A stretch of 64,000 bases of DNA from NCBI RefSeq assembly GCF_006345805.1, contig NC_043007.1, positions 21,700,001 through 21,764,000 on the forward strand, given 5' to 3'. Both the position numbers and the translations under genes were made by a program. This DNA comes from Octopus sinensis (Eukaryota). Below the pieces are notes generated by a model that was not told the DNA's origin, searched no databases, and saw only the letters and a list, made by a program, of their open reading frames with translations. Below, one piece after another: positions 11,445-24,572 of the stretch (its first letter is position 1; each line of letters starts with the position of its first letter).

Positions 11445-11800
11445 TTAGAAAAAAAGACCTTTTATCAATTCAAAATGAACAATTAAATTACACCATCTAG
11501 AAAATTACATATAATAGAAATATTATATATAAAATCACAATAATATACTGATGATTAAGTAATATGCAAAATAATAAATAAAACGTATAGATATTATCGT
11601 TATTTTATATTTAATATTTCTATTATATGTAATTTTCTAGATGGTGTAATTGAATTGTTCATTTTGAATTGATAAAAGGTGGGGTTTTTTTCTAATTTTT
11701 ACATATATATATATATATATTATATTTTGTGAAATTTGATTTAGTATTTCTAAATTGAATTTTTCCCTGTAAGTTAGGAATAATATTCCCTCAAATTATT
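11155..11800. repeat. Nested inverted-repeat structure (outer IR 11160-11220 / 11725-11790, inner palindrome 11444-11696) with one hammerhead
   Basis: ttagggaataaatccaaatttacagggaaaaaatc is inverted near 11760-11790; inner arms attagaaaaaaagaccttttatcaattcaaaatgaacaatt / aattgttcattttgaattgataaaagg...tctaat; flanked by (TA)n. Confidence 0.8.
11330..11373 (-). ncRNA. Minimal type I hammerhead ribozyme motif, family 2
   Basis: Minus strand: ccac-CUGACGA-augtc/gacau-GAAA-C-gauu-GUA^-gugg; upstream flank is homologous to 7608-7810. Confidence 0.72.
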
Positions 11801-12323
11801 ATTATTATATTATTATTATTATATATATATATTATATATATATATATATATAATTAAGATTCAGTTGAATTAAGTATTTAAGTTGAAGCACCAAGTCAGT
11901 CCGATATTATCCACACAGCTCAAAGTAAGGTGAATAAAATCAAAATGATTAACAAAATGATATCCTGTTGCTTATTTTGATTTTATGTATGTATATATAT
12001 ATGCATGAAAAAATTCTATGGTATCACAGTAATGATACTACAAACCTTGAAGTGATGTTGGTAGAGCTGTTTTGTACTAACAAAAGTACTTCCATAGAGA
12101 AATACGCAGTGAATTCTAGTGTTTAAACAACAGGGACATTACAATTCCCGACTGGTTGAGCTAATATTTCTGTTGTTTCTACTCTAGCATATCTACCCTA
12201 TAAAGTCCTTCGTTTTTATGAGACTGTCCAACGTCACTGTCCTTCTGTTTGGTGTTATTCAAATTGCAAAACACCAGCATACACGCACACATACACTTGT
12301 TCAGATATATATATATATGTGTG

Positions 12324-12366
<43 letters not shown>

Positions 12367-14879
12367 ATATATATAAAGGGAACGCTCATGATTGCTTGAA
12401 ATATTTGATTTTATTGGAAGACACCCGATGCCTCTTCACGTCCTTTCCCAAGGATATGCGTATTTGTCTTACTCTAGCAGAGAGAAGAAGAACAAGAAGC
12501 ACAACAACAAGAAAAAAAAAATGATGAATTATTGAAATTTCTTATTTTGTGATCCTTCATTTTGTGTGCAGTTGAAAGCAGATTTTTTTTCTTATTCCCT
12601 AGTTTATCTAAAGTACACACATAATTTCTGAGTGACCCGGCACCTGCCATCAGGTATTATCTTGCATGGAACTCTTTTTCCCCCACTTTCGTTGACATTA
12701 CCATAATTATCTCCTGTAATAAATTGATTGTTGAAATAATCTCGTTGTTGTGATGACCGCATCAATTAATGAAGCATCTGTGTGTTGAGTTTTATCCGAA
12801 CGATGATGACTCCCTATTTTTTCTTGTATCTAACTTCCATCGCTTATGCTGTCTTTCGGACCAAGGAAAAACTGAATCCATACAAGGAAAAACTGTCAGA
12901 TTCTCTTTTTCTTTTGTTTTCAATGTCTTTTGAGTTTTTTTTTTTGTTTTTTTTTTGTCTTCTTATTAATATTCTTGCAGTGAATACAGATCCAATTGCC
13001 TAAAAACTTTTCTCTTAATCACTTCTTGTTCTCTCTTTTTTTTTTTTTTCTCTTTACATTTATTCCTACATCAGTCTTTTCATAAAAAGGTTCAAATATA
13101 GAGTTTCTAAATTTGGGGTTATTTTTAAATTTATTTATTCATTTTTTTTTTATAGTAAACTTAAGTTCAAAACATTTCTCTCAAAAAAACCAATGATTTC
13201 TAAATTTTATCCAGATGGTGTTTTTTTTTTCTTTATTTTATTTAAAAAAAATTTTTTTTTTTTGATAAATCCTTTTACAGAAGCTGGGTGAAAATTAAGT
13301 TTATACAACAAATATAATTTGGAACTCCTTAATTCTCATTTTCACATGCATATGAATGAGTGTATATATTTACTATGTCCTATATGTCTAAATGTGTGTA
13401 TGTGTGCATACATGCACACATATATATATATACAGATACATACACACACATATACATGTATGTTTGTGTGTATATATATATATAATATAAATTTTATATA
13501 TATATACATACACATATACATGTATGTTTGTGTGTATATATATAATATGAATGTGTGTGTGTTTAAAAAGAGAGAGAAAGATGTTTTTATCTATGGACTT
13601 GGTTGTTTTTTTTTATCCATCTAAAATTTCACACAGAATTATTATTATTATTATTATTAGCACAATCTTTAAAGCTAATGCGAAGAAGGTTCTCAAATAA
13701 GGTTCATCATAGGTTTCTGTGTGGCCATTGTCAACTGGACACTGTGATATTTTGTTCCATTATCCAGCATGCCGTACTACTTACCTGTACTTTCCAAGAA
13801 TTTTGTTTGCACCTAAAACCGAATCCCTGCTTGTTATTATTTAGTTTATTTTGCCATTTTCAATGCTTTTGTTTTTCTATTATTATTATTAGTATTATCA
13901 TTATTATTAATTACTGAAAGGTATTTTCATTTTAAATACGTAAACTAGTGTCTTTTGAATTACCTGCCCGTCGTGAGATTTGTTCTTAAATAACTTGAGA
14001 GAAATTAGGCTTTATTGATGAAGCAAAATGTGTCCAGTAAAAATGATTGAAATAAATTTGGTAATTTTACACACACACACACACATAATACTTATTTATT
14101 CACGAATAAAGAAGTGAACTGCAGTCAGTGCTTGTGTTTTTGTTAGCAGAATTACCCTCCCAAAATGCTGCAGTCCCGGTTATACACACACACACACATA
14201 ATATTTATTGATGCAATCAGATTCTCACAGTAAATTTTACAATAATATTTTGCTGTATTATGTGGGATGGACATTCCTGTTAAAAGATGTGTCTGAGTTG
14301 TCATTAACTTCTTTATCAAATTGTCATATTTTTTTAGTTACACTGCTGTGTTTCAGGAAACGCAGTGTTAAAAAAATTACAGATGTGTAACAAAAAACCT
14401 TCACAAATGAATTAAAGAAGTGACCTGCAGTCAGTGCTTGTGTTTTTGTTAGCAGAATTACCCTCCCAAAATGCTGCAGTCCCAGTTTCAATGTACAGTT
14501 TTGTGTCAAGAATCTCACGAAACACGTAGAAAAAATACAATGATGGTTATTTTCCATTTTATTTGCATCAGTTACATGGCAAATTTTATGAACTCCTGCT
14601 AGAATGAAAGCTATGTCAACAGTGGTGTTGTAATATTGTATATCTGTTATTTCTGCCACTCTGCCATTAGCTGGACATCAATATGATATTGACTGGTCCC
14701 AGATTGATCCCAATCTTTCATATGAAGTAGAGCACTGAGCAAGGCTTGAACCTACAGCCTTCAGCACTTAAACCGGCCATATCCAGCTCAAATATTCTAC
14801 CCATTTTATGTTCAGACTGGCTAGATCTGGCCTCTCACACCTACCTTACAATGTCATTGTCAACCAGAATTCATCTACA

Positions 14880-15160
14880 AAGCAATTGCCCCAGCTCCCC
14901 TTCAGGGTTGGCGAAAGCAATATGGTGGACAACGAAAAACCTGGCTGATGACAGTCAAGGCTGATCTGGAACACAACCTAGGCCTCCCCATATCTACGGC
15001 GTTCACCGCTGGAATAAGGAGTGGTTGGAGATCACGTGGTCGTTAGCCTCAAATCGCCAGGTCTGGTCAGCATTTGTGAGAGATGCAGCATTGAGGATGA
15101 ATGAAGCCAGTTCAACCCACCCCGGGTGAATGCTGTCTCAAAACAAGACAAGAAAAGTAT
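14880..15160 (+). mobile_element. 3' end of an RTE-clade LINE (frameshifted)
   Basis: QGWRKQYGGQRKTWLMTVKADLEHNLGLP / IYGVHRWNKEWLEITWSLASNRQVWSAFVRDA..., then an aacaagacaag tail. Confidence 0.7.
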
Positions 15161-15308
15161 GCTATCACATCATCAAAAATCTCAAAGCTATGCGATAATG
15201 CATCATTACTTCAAAAAATATGAATAAATAAGCATTACATTTAATAAAATACTCTGAATCCTGAAGAATTAGCTAAAAAGTCATGTTGGGTTTTTCTTAT
15301 TTTCTATG

Positions 15309-15696
15309 CTAGCACAATGTCCCGGCAACGCCGGGTCATAGTGCTAGTGCATGCATATACAGCTGCGTGCGTTTGCACATATGTGCGAGTACTGTCCAAA
15401 TCTCCGACCAATCACATACAGCTCGCTGGCATTCAATTGGCGTATCAAGTTTCGGGCATTTTGCTTGAGTTTTGGATAGAAAATTCACAAAAAAAAGTCA
15501 CTTCTATTGACTTTTTAATGGCTTTGCAGGGTGACTGGGGAAATGTAAAGATGTACACGACCACCCTTGGACAGTTTTGAATGACCATAGAAAGTGCAAG
15601 CCCTCTAACTTAAAAATTGTGGATTTGTATAAAGGACATGCGCGCGCACACACACACACACACAGACATTTTGCCATTTATATATAGAGAGAGAGA
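15309..15696 (+). mobile_element. HINE-like element, family H2
   Basis: 5' hairpin CTAGCACaatgtCCCGGC-aac-GCCGGGtcataGTGCTAG (15309-15347), (CA)n, and ...cagacattttgccatttatatatagag end. Confidence 0.55.
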
Positions 15697-17335
15697 TTCC
15701 AAGCTGTACAAGCATATGTAAATAAACGATAAGCAGGTAAATCAAAATATAATTTTACGTATTTATTATGAAAGATCATTTTTGCGTATTGAAAAGACTT
15801 TATTGTTTTTGAGTTCTGTCTGATTTGCATGCTTTGTACATGATATTAGTTTTATTTAGTTTGTGTTTTGTTTCCGCATATCCACTCTTCACTGCATGTA
15901 CACACACCATCACGGGCCTCTGTGTTTGCATACACAAATGCATTCTCTGTCTCCTATCACACATTAACAGACAGATTATATAAATGTTCGTTAGACTGAT
16001 GTTGTCTGCCACTGATTTGCTGTTTTTTATGTTTACTTTTTTTTGTTTACTGCTATTTTTCTTCTTTATTTTTTTTTCTTTCTTTAAATTCATCTTCAAC
16101 ATATTTGCCTGATCTTCTAGCTTATCTTCACCCAGGAATCACAGACCACAGGAAAAAACACTTAAATCATCAATATTGTCATTATCATTGTTTTAAAATG
16201 TGCATCACTTTTCACCTTGTTGTCCCTGATTCATTCAAAGCCTTTGGCTTGTCAATATAAACAGATTTTAAATGTGACTACACTAGATTATCCAGAGCAC
16301 TTACTTGCTTTAAAATGGGATTTAGAAAAATCTTCAAGGATTTTTTTTTTTTTAAACAGCTCACCTGTTAAAACTCACCTGTTACCTCGTTCTGGTTTAA
16401 GGTAACAGTCTGTTGTCCCAATCATCTTTACTTCATTTTACTGCATCATTTTCTATTGGTAAATGTATACCTGTTTGAATTGATAAATTATAAGCAAGGA
16501 ATTTTTTTTTTTTTTAACACCTTGTTGATTAATAGTGTTTCATGTGGGTAATTCCTAGTTTGGTCTATGTTAACTATGCTTAAATAAATGCCAAGGACTA
16601 GGAGCTGATATGTCACCAAGAATTATCTTTACGTTTGTTTGATTTTAAAGCTTTCTTTTGGTTTGTAGTCAAAAATTGAAAGTGGAAAATTAATATAAGT
16701 AATTGATATTGTAATAACCATATTTTAAACAAGCAGTAAAAAAAAAATTGAGAAAAAATAGTTTAAATCAAAAACTGGTGGCAGTGGGGGACAAGAGGGG
16801 TAATTCCTCCCTCCCACCCAAACATATCTCCATTGTTCAAGACAAGAATCTGAAGAAATTTTGGGTGGGGAAACAGGAAAATTCTCCGTTTTGAGCATTA
16901 TCAGATACTTTGATATTTCCAGTTTCATTTTGTGATCACAAACCAAAAGATTGCTGATTTTAAGAAGAATAATAATAAAAAAAAAATGACAAATCCAACA
17001 CAAGTAATCTTGTTTGTTAACTGGTGATATAGTAATTTTTCTTTTTTTTTTTTAATCTCTACTGATATTTAGTTTCTAAAAGCATTTTTATTTTTTCCAT
17101 TTTATACAAGAATTTAATGAAATAATAACTAAATTATCAATTGTTGTTCTGAGACAAGGACTCAGAAATTGGCAACCTGCTGTCTTTTATCAGAAACTCT
17201 GTTGCGATTATTTTAAGGTGGTGAATAGCAGAATCATTAGCACATATCCTTTTGGATTTCAATGAAACTAGTACCATTTGAGGCTGGGGTCTGCCCTGTC
17301 CCAAAATTTCAGGCCTTGTCCCTATAGTAGAGAGA

Positions 17336-17717
17336 ATTATTACCTCTGCCTTAGCGAAGGCGGAGATATTGTTTTCAGTTGTGTTTGTTTGTTTGTCTGT
17401 CCTTGGACAAGATATCTCTAGAACCGCTGGATGGATTCGGTTGAAACTTTCAGGGATGTTTGGTCTTGTGACTGGCACAAATTGATTTGATTTTGAGATC
17501 GATTCAGTATCGGACAAGAATTCTGGATTATTTTTCCGTTTTTCTTTTTTTTTTTAACTTAATTTTTGAGAGCGGTCAGGTTCACTTTTAGTATTCTTGT
17601 TTGTGAGAGCAGTCGAGTTTATTTCAGATATTCTCATTTTAAAAATCCTCTCTGGCTAATCGTTGAGAAGACGTTGGTGTTCCCTTAACGGAGGTTTGCA
17701 CTCTCTGAGTGCTCGTT
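17336..17717 (+). mobile_element. HINE/DINE-1-like element, family H3
   Basis: attattacctctgccttagcgaaggcggag start, (TTTG/TCTG)n tract, ggtttgcactctctgagtgctc end; second copy at 25225-25560. Confidence 0.6.
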
Positions 17718-18449
17718 ATAACTTGTTTTTGCTGGAATTTTCTAACATAAATCTTGAAGTTCGATTCTGTTAATCTGACCAATTCCTTTTAATTCTCTTG
17801 GTCAATTTTATTCCCTCTGCTTGGTGTAATATATGGTGTTCTGGTTTGTTAAATAATTATATATATATTTTTTTTTTTAGTTTTAGCAGTGTGACCCTAA
17901 ATCATTAGCTACCTCAATCAATTTTGTACATCTGCTTAACAAAGTCAATAAATAGTATTCCCTGTACTTAATTATAGTGTTATTAAATAAATTACTACTG
18001 TAGTGTTACGGTCTGGTTTAAAATTAGTGACATCATCAAGCCCTCCTTTCAGACAAAAAGTCCGTGTCTAACATAGATGCTTGCTTATTGTTTTAGCTCG
18101 GATAAGAAGCTATGTCTAAATATATCATTCTGGGCCGAACTTTATCATTCATTTGTATATTTTGTTATTTCCATAGTCTTTATTATAGACATCATTTAAA
18201 ACTTTTGTTTATTTTTTAAGACAATATCTGAGGGAAACAAACCGTTTTGTGAGCATCTAACGTACAGAGTTCTCTCCCTTGCTATTATCCGAATTTACAA
18301 TGAAGAATTTGCGTTGAACGTTGTCGGCAATTTGCTTTTTATTCTTATTCGTAACCACTTCGTTTCGCATACGTAGTTAACTCATAAAGCGCTGGGATTT
18401 GCACTTGCATAGCATAGACTGCTGAGCACATCTTATGAAAATGCACACA

Positions 18450-18965
18450 GGCGCAGGAGTGGCTGTGTGATAAGTAGCTTGTCTACCAACCACATGGTTC
18501 CGGGTTCAGTCCCACTGCATGGCATCTCGGGCAAGTGTCTTCTGCTATAGCCTCGGGCCGACCAATGCCTTGTGAGTGGATTTGGTAGACGGAAACTGAA
18601 AGAAGCCCGTCGCATATATGTGTGTCTGTGTTTCTCCTCCCAACATCGCTTGACAACCGATGCTGGTGTGTTTGTGTCTCCGTTACTTAGCAGTTTGGCA
18701 AAAGAGACCGATAGAATAAGTACTGGGCTTACAAAAGAATAAGTCCCGGGGTCGAGTTGCTCGATTAAAGGCGGTGCTCCAGCATGGCCGCAGTCAAATG
18801 ACTGAAACAAGTAAAAGAGAAAAGAGAAAAAATAACAAACAAAAAGTAGTTAGGTGCAGGAGTGGCTGTGTGGTAAGTAGCTTGTTTGCCAACCACATGG
18901 TTTCGGGTTCAGTCCCACTGCATGGCACCTTGGGCAAGTGTCTTCTACTATAGCCTCGGGCCGAC
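18450..18965 (+). mobile_element. SINE family A, one full and one truncated copy in tandem
   Basis: Heads at 18450 and 18853. Confidence 0.85.
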
Positions 18966-19734
18966 AAGTTCCGTCCAATCCATGTAAGCATGGAAAAATG
19001 GATGTTTAAACAAAGATGATGCTGGTAGTGATGATGATGATGATCATCATCATCATCATCATCTAATATAAGGTACCAGACAATTGGTATCGGCAGCGAG
19101 CTGGTAGAATCGTTAGCACGTCGGGCGAAATGCTTAGTGGTATTCTGTCTGCCGCTACATTCTGAGTTCAAATTCCGCCGAGGTCAACTTTGCCTTTCAT
19201 CCTTTCGAGGTCGATTAAATAAGTACCAGTTATGCACTGGGGTTGATGTAATCGACTTAATCCCTTTGTCTGTCCATGTTTGTCCCTTCTGTGTTTGCAT
19301 CTTGCCCTTCCACACTGCATTTTTCAGAATCTAGAAATTAGATCAGTGTTTTGATTAAAAAATTTTAAAAAAGCAGCAACGGCCTGAGGTCATAGCGTGC
19401 TGTTGACCTTCCAGCTGAGCAACTGAGGATTCCAGCATCCCATTATTAGTAATGTGCTATATCCGTAACAATGATTAACTGTTAAATTGGCCCATTTTAA
19501 CCAGCTGCAAGTGACTGTGAGCTGCAGAGGGCACACATCTGGCAAGTATGCAAATATTACCTTGCGGCTCTGTATTTAATTCCTGTAGATGTAAAACCTG
19601 TGATAGAATTGGCGTCGTTTTCATCGGAAAGCTATCTTTCAGATAATTAATGTCTTGAAAACTGTAATAAACCTCAGCACGTTGACATGTTCTGGTGAAA
19701 AGCAGTGAATAAATGGTGAATATAAAATACTATA

Positions 19735-20168
19735 GGCGTAGGAGTGCCTGTGTGGTAAGTAGTTTGCTTACCGACCACACGGCTCTCGGTTCAGTCCCAC
19801 TGCGTGGCACCTTGGGCGAGTGTCTTCTACTATAGCCTCGGGCCAACCAAAGCCTTGTGAGTGGATATGGTAAGCGGAAACTGAAAAAAGCTTGTCGTAT
19901 ATATGTATATATGTATATATATATATATATATTATATATATATATATATATAATATATATATATACACGTGTGTGTCTGTGTTTGTCCCCCCAACATTGC
20001 TTGACAACCGATGCTGGTGTGTTTACGTCCCCGTAACTTAGCAGTTCAGCAGAAGAGACCGATAGAATAAGTACTAGGCTAACAAAGAATTAAGTCCTGG
20101 GGTCGATTTACTCGACTAAAGGCGGTGCTCCAGCATGGCCACAGTCAAATGACTGAAACAAGTAAAAG
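19735..20168 (+). mobile_element. SINE family A, full length
   Basis: Same head, body and tail as 3039-3456. Confidence 0.85.
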
Positions 20169-20366
20169 AGTATAAAATACTGTGTTTAAATAAACTCTGC
20201 TCAGTTTTCTCATTATTACTTCTATATTACTTCATATATATAGTGCCATTTCATAAACACACAACACACACACACATATATATATACATACATAGTTATA
20301 TTAATCAGTAGAAAGTTACAAAAGTGACTCAAGGCTTAGGAGTCTCATGCATGGAACTTATCAAGC

Positions 20367-20405
<39 letters not shown>

Positions 20406-20760
20406 CACATTAAGAGGAAGTCAAATCAAAAGTTTGGCCTTGTTGATGCTCCAGTTGCTGTCTTAGGAGATTATTCATAGATTACATCTGGGCTGTTATT
20501 TCATGTCACTAAAATAGAATAGGACGCAGAACAGGATAAGATAAATTTGTTTTGCAAGAATGTAATTGGATGTAGAAAGATAAGATAAAGTTTAAAACAT
20601 ACTATAGTTTATAATTATCGACTGAGAAGCCAGCCAGATTAAGGACATGTTAGAAACACTTCGTAAGTGAAAGACAAAAAAAAAAGGTATGAAGAACACG
20701 TAAATAAATGATGCTACTAAAAGATGCTAATATTCCTTTATTTAATTCCTACAAATTTAA

Positions 20761-21135
20761 CCCTTTCGTTACTGTATTTATTTTGAGATGCTCAGTGTTT
20801 CTTTCAGTTACTTTAAATATAACAAAGAATTTAGTAAAATAACTTAGTTATCATTCAGCTAGTCTTAGGAACATAAATTGTGACTAAGGTTTGGTGGAAG
20901 ATTTTTATTCAAAACTTATGAAAACAAGACATTTGTACTACAAAGCCAGGGCTGGTTTCAGCCATTTGAGATGCTCAGTGTTTCTTTCAATTAATTTTAA
21001 ATATAACAAAGAATTTAGTCAAATAACATAGTTATCATTAAAGCTAGTGTTAGGAACATAAATTGTGACTAAGGTTTGGTGGAAGATTTTAATTCAAAAC
21101 TTATGAAAACAAGACATTTGTACCTCAGAACCAGA
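20761..21135. mobile_element. piggyBac-like MITE copy with a partial tandem duplication
   Basis: TTAA-CCCTTTCGTTAC start; body gagatgctcagtgtttctttc...ggaacataaattgtgactaaggtttggtggaag is repeated twice. Confidence 0.7.
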
Positions 21136-21209
21136 AGAAGATAAAGATTATCAAATGCATGTACAATACCAAAATCTTTACAAGAAGACAAAAGTTGTTA
21201 GATGTTTAA

Positions 21210-21430
21210 CCCTTTCATTACCATATTTCTGTTGAGATGCTCTGTGTTTCTTTCAATTAATTTTAAATATTACAAAGAATTTAGTAAAATAACTTAGTTA
21301 TCATTAAACTAGTGTTAGGAACATAAATTGTGACTAAGGTTTGGTGGAAGATTTTAATTCAAAACTTATGAAATAAGACATTTGAACTACAAAGCCAGAG
21401 CCAGTTTCAGCCAGGTTGGCAACGAAAGGG
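21210..21430. mobile_element. Complete piggyBac-like MITE
   Basis: TTAA|CCCTTTCATTACC ... GGCAACGAAAGGG|TTAA; TTAA target sites at 21206-21209 and 21431-21434. Confidence 0.8.
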
Positions 21431-22299
21431 TTAAATGTGTATGTGATGAGGAGACTGTTTTATTCTATAGTTTAAAAGTGGAAGTGAAGTCATACTGAAC
21501 AAGAAAACAAGTTGAACAAAGCAGTGGCTGTTGACAGTAAGTAGAGCAGAGCCAGGCTGGTGAAAGAACTAAACATTATTACATTTCTATGAATCACTAT
21601 TGAAATATAAAAAACATAGACAGGCATTAAAGGTCTTCATTAAAAAAAGTTAATTAAGTAATTATAAGATATTAATTATAGCCATGATGGAAAAGGGTGT
21701 GGCTATCATAATCAAAACTGAACCATCTAAAAAAGAAAAAACAGTTGTGTTCAAACAGATCTTCCTGTCCCACTTTAATTTATATTTAGTATTTTAATTA
21801 TTGTTATTTCCAAAGTCAGTAAGGGGCAGAGCTATAACTACAACTATAAATGATTTGAAACAAATGGCTTTACTGTTGGCATCGCTTCTTATCACTAACT
21901 ACACAAGAATAGGCATGGCTGTGTGGTAAGAAGCTTGCTTCCTTATCACATGGTTTGAGGTTCAGTCCCACTGCATGACACTTTGGGCAAGTGTCTTCTA
22001 CTACAGCTTCAGGCCAACCAAAGCCTTGTGAGTTGATTTGGTAGATGGAAACTGAGAGAAGCCCATCGTGTGTGTATATATATATATAAATACCGAGTGA
22101 ATTTCGTCCTCTCTGTCTACGTGGGTTGTTTTGAGTATTTGTTGTCCTGGAGTTTCTTATAGTAGAAGAAATAGCTAAGGTTCTTTGGCTGCTATTTCTA
22201 AAGTTCAGTATGTGGTGAATCAAGTTTTTGCTGAACCCTAATTATAACTATACTCATAGTTATAAAATATTATGTGTGTGTATATATATATATATATAT

Positions 22300-22575
22300 A
22301 AAATGGAACAAAAAAAACAATAGAAGACAATAAAATATCCAGACTGATAGCCAATACAAAGGCAGATGAAAAAAAACAACAATTAGAGGGACAGGAAAAA
22401 GGATGGGTCATTCGTGGCCCATCAAGGGCCAGATGTCTTTACAGTCAAGTGTAACTATCCAAAACTGTAAGGACATCTGGTAACTGGACTGACAAAAGAA
22501 GGCCATGAATGACCCATCTTTTGTTTCCTGTCCTCCTTTGTATAGTCTATCTGTCTGGATGTTTTTGTTCCATTT
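22300..22575. repeat. Degenerate long palindrome between (TA)n tracts
   Basis: aaaatggaacaaaaa..atccagac..gatgggtcattcgtggcc..ccagatgtctttacagt / actgtaaggacatctgg..ggccatgaatgacccatc..gtctggat..tttttgttccatttt. Confidence 0.8.
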
Positions 22576-22850
22576 TTTTATATTTATATATACATATAGT
22601 GGCATATGTACACTTTTGCTCACACATATATATGTGTGTGTGTGTGTGTGTGTATTTGTGTGTCTCCTCACCATCGCTTGACAACCAATGCTGGTGTGTT
22701 TACATCCCTGTAACTTAGCAGTTCAGCAAAAGAGACTAATAAAATAAAGTCCAGAGGTCGATTTCTTTGACTAAAAGGCAGTGCTCCAGCATAGCCACAG
22801 TCAAAATGACTGAAGCAAGTAAAAAGAAGAATATATATATTTATGAAGTT

Positions 22851-23433
22851 TTATTTGTTCCTTCTCGAGCCACGCCTGGCTCATAAGGGCCAGTCTCCCA
22901 GTTTCCTTGGCGTATAGGTTCCCCACCTGGACGGGACGCCGGTCCGTCGCAGGTGAGCTGCAAGATGCAGGAGGAAAGAGTGAGAGAAAGTTGTGGAGAA
23001 AGAGTCAGCAGAATTTTGCCATTACCTTCTGCCGGAGCCGCGTGGAGCTTAGGTGTTTCGCTCACAAACACACACACATCACCCGGTCTGAGATTCGAAC
23101 CCACAATCCCTCGACCACAAGTCCGCTGCTCTAACCACTAGGCCATGTTGTTCCTTCTCAAGCCACGTCTGGCTCTTAAGAGCCGGTTTCCCGGTTCCCC
23201 ACCTGGATAGGACGCGGGTCCATCGCAGGTGAGCTGCAAGATGCAGGAAGAAAGAGTGAGAGAAAGTTGTGGCGAAAGGGTCAGCAGAAGTTTCGCCATT
23301 ACCTTCTGCCGGTGTCACATGGAGCTTAGGTGTTTCGCTCATAAACACACACATCGCCTGGTCTGAGATTCGAACCCACGATCCCTCGACCGCGAGTCCG
23401 CTGCTCTAACCACTAGGCCATGTGCCTCCACTA
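22851..23433 (-). mobile_element. tRNA-head SINE family D, two tandem copies
   Basis: Minus-strand head ggaggcacatggcctagtggttagagcagcggac..ggttcgaatctcagacc; other copies at 52262-52506(-) and 42936-43200(+). Confidence 0.8.
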
Positions 23434-24072
23434 TTTATGAAGCAAAGAAGGGCATATGTTCGTTATACTTAGATAAAATTAAACGAGTGGTGTAACGTTG
23501 TTTTTATTTCAGGTCACAATTAAGAGGCTCAGACGAAAATTTTTAATTAATATTTGGTCTGTCGTTACTCTTATCATTTGACTAATAAACAACTCCTAGC
23601 TTAATTAGACAATTCGTAGCTTGACTTGTCGTGTTAATAAAGCAGTGACGTTTTGAAAATTAATTTGGGTTTATTATTTTCTCATAACACAATAGAATTA
23701 GGATTTTAGTGACAGGTGACAACTGATAAACACTGAACTAAAAGACTAACATGACCTATGTTGTCTTTTGTTTGTTTTTTGTTGGGTTTTTTGTTTTGTT
23801 TTTTTGTGTGTTTTTTTGCTCGTTTCTGTCATTCTGGATTGTGGCCAAACTGGGGCAATGCCTTAAAGGAATTATTTAAGCAGATTGAACCCCCTCCACA
23901 ACCTCCAGTGCTTAGTTTTAAATCTGGTATTTATTTTGATGGTCTCTTTTGCCAAACTGCTAAGTTATGGGGACATAAACAAACCAGCAATGGTTGCCAA
24001 GCAGTGGACTGGAGGGAGACAAACACACACACACACATACCCACACACACACATGTAAGTGTGTGTGTGTAT

Positions 24073-24572
24073 TCTTTTACTTATTTCAGTCATTTTTGAC
24101 TGTGGCCATGCTGGAGCACCGCATAAAGGGGGTTTTTTTATCGAAGAAATCAACCCCAGGGCTCATTCTTTGTAAGCCTAGTACTTATTCTATCGGTCTC
24201 TTTTGCCGAACCGCTAAGTTTCGGGGACGCAAACACACCAGCATCGGTTGTCAAGCGATGTTGGGGGACAAACACAGACACACACATATATATATACATA
24301 TATATGAGGGGCTTCTTTCTGTTTCTGTCTACCAAATCCACTCACAAGGCTTTGGTTGGCCTGAGGCTACAGTAGAAGACATGTGCCCAAGGTTCCACGC
24401 AGTAGGACTGAACATGTGGTTGGTAAGCAAGCTACTTACCACACAGCCACTCCTGCTCCTATATAAATATATATAATGGGCTTCTTTACAGTTTCCAAAT
24501 CCACTCACAAGGCTTTGGTCAGCCTGCAGCTATAGTAGAAGACACTTACCATACAGCCACTCCTGCGCCTAT
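24073..24572 (-). mobile_element. SINE family A, full length plus partial head duplicate
   Basis: Reverse complement of family A; head ends at 24460. Confidence 0.8.

Noticed and set aside
13779-13812. Minus-strand CAG|GTAAGT donor with a possible 28-nt exon
   Set aside because: Weak acceptor and no partner exons; about one perfect donor is expected by chance.
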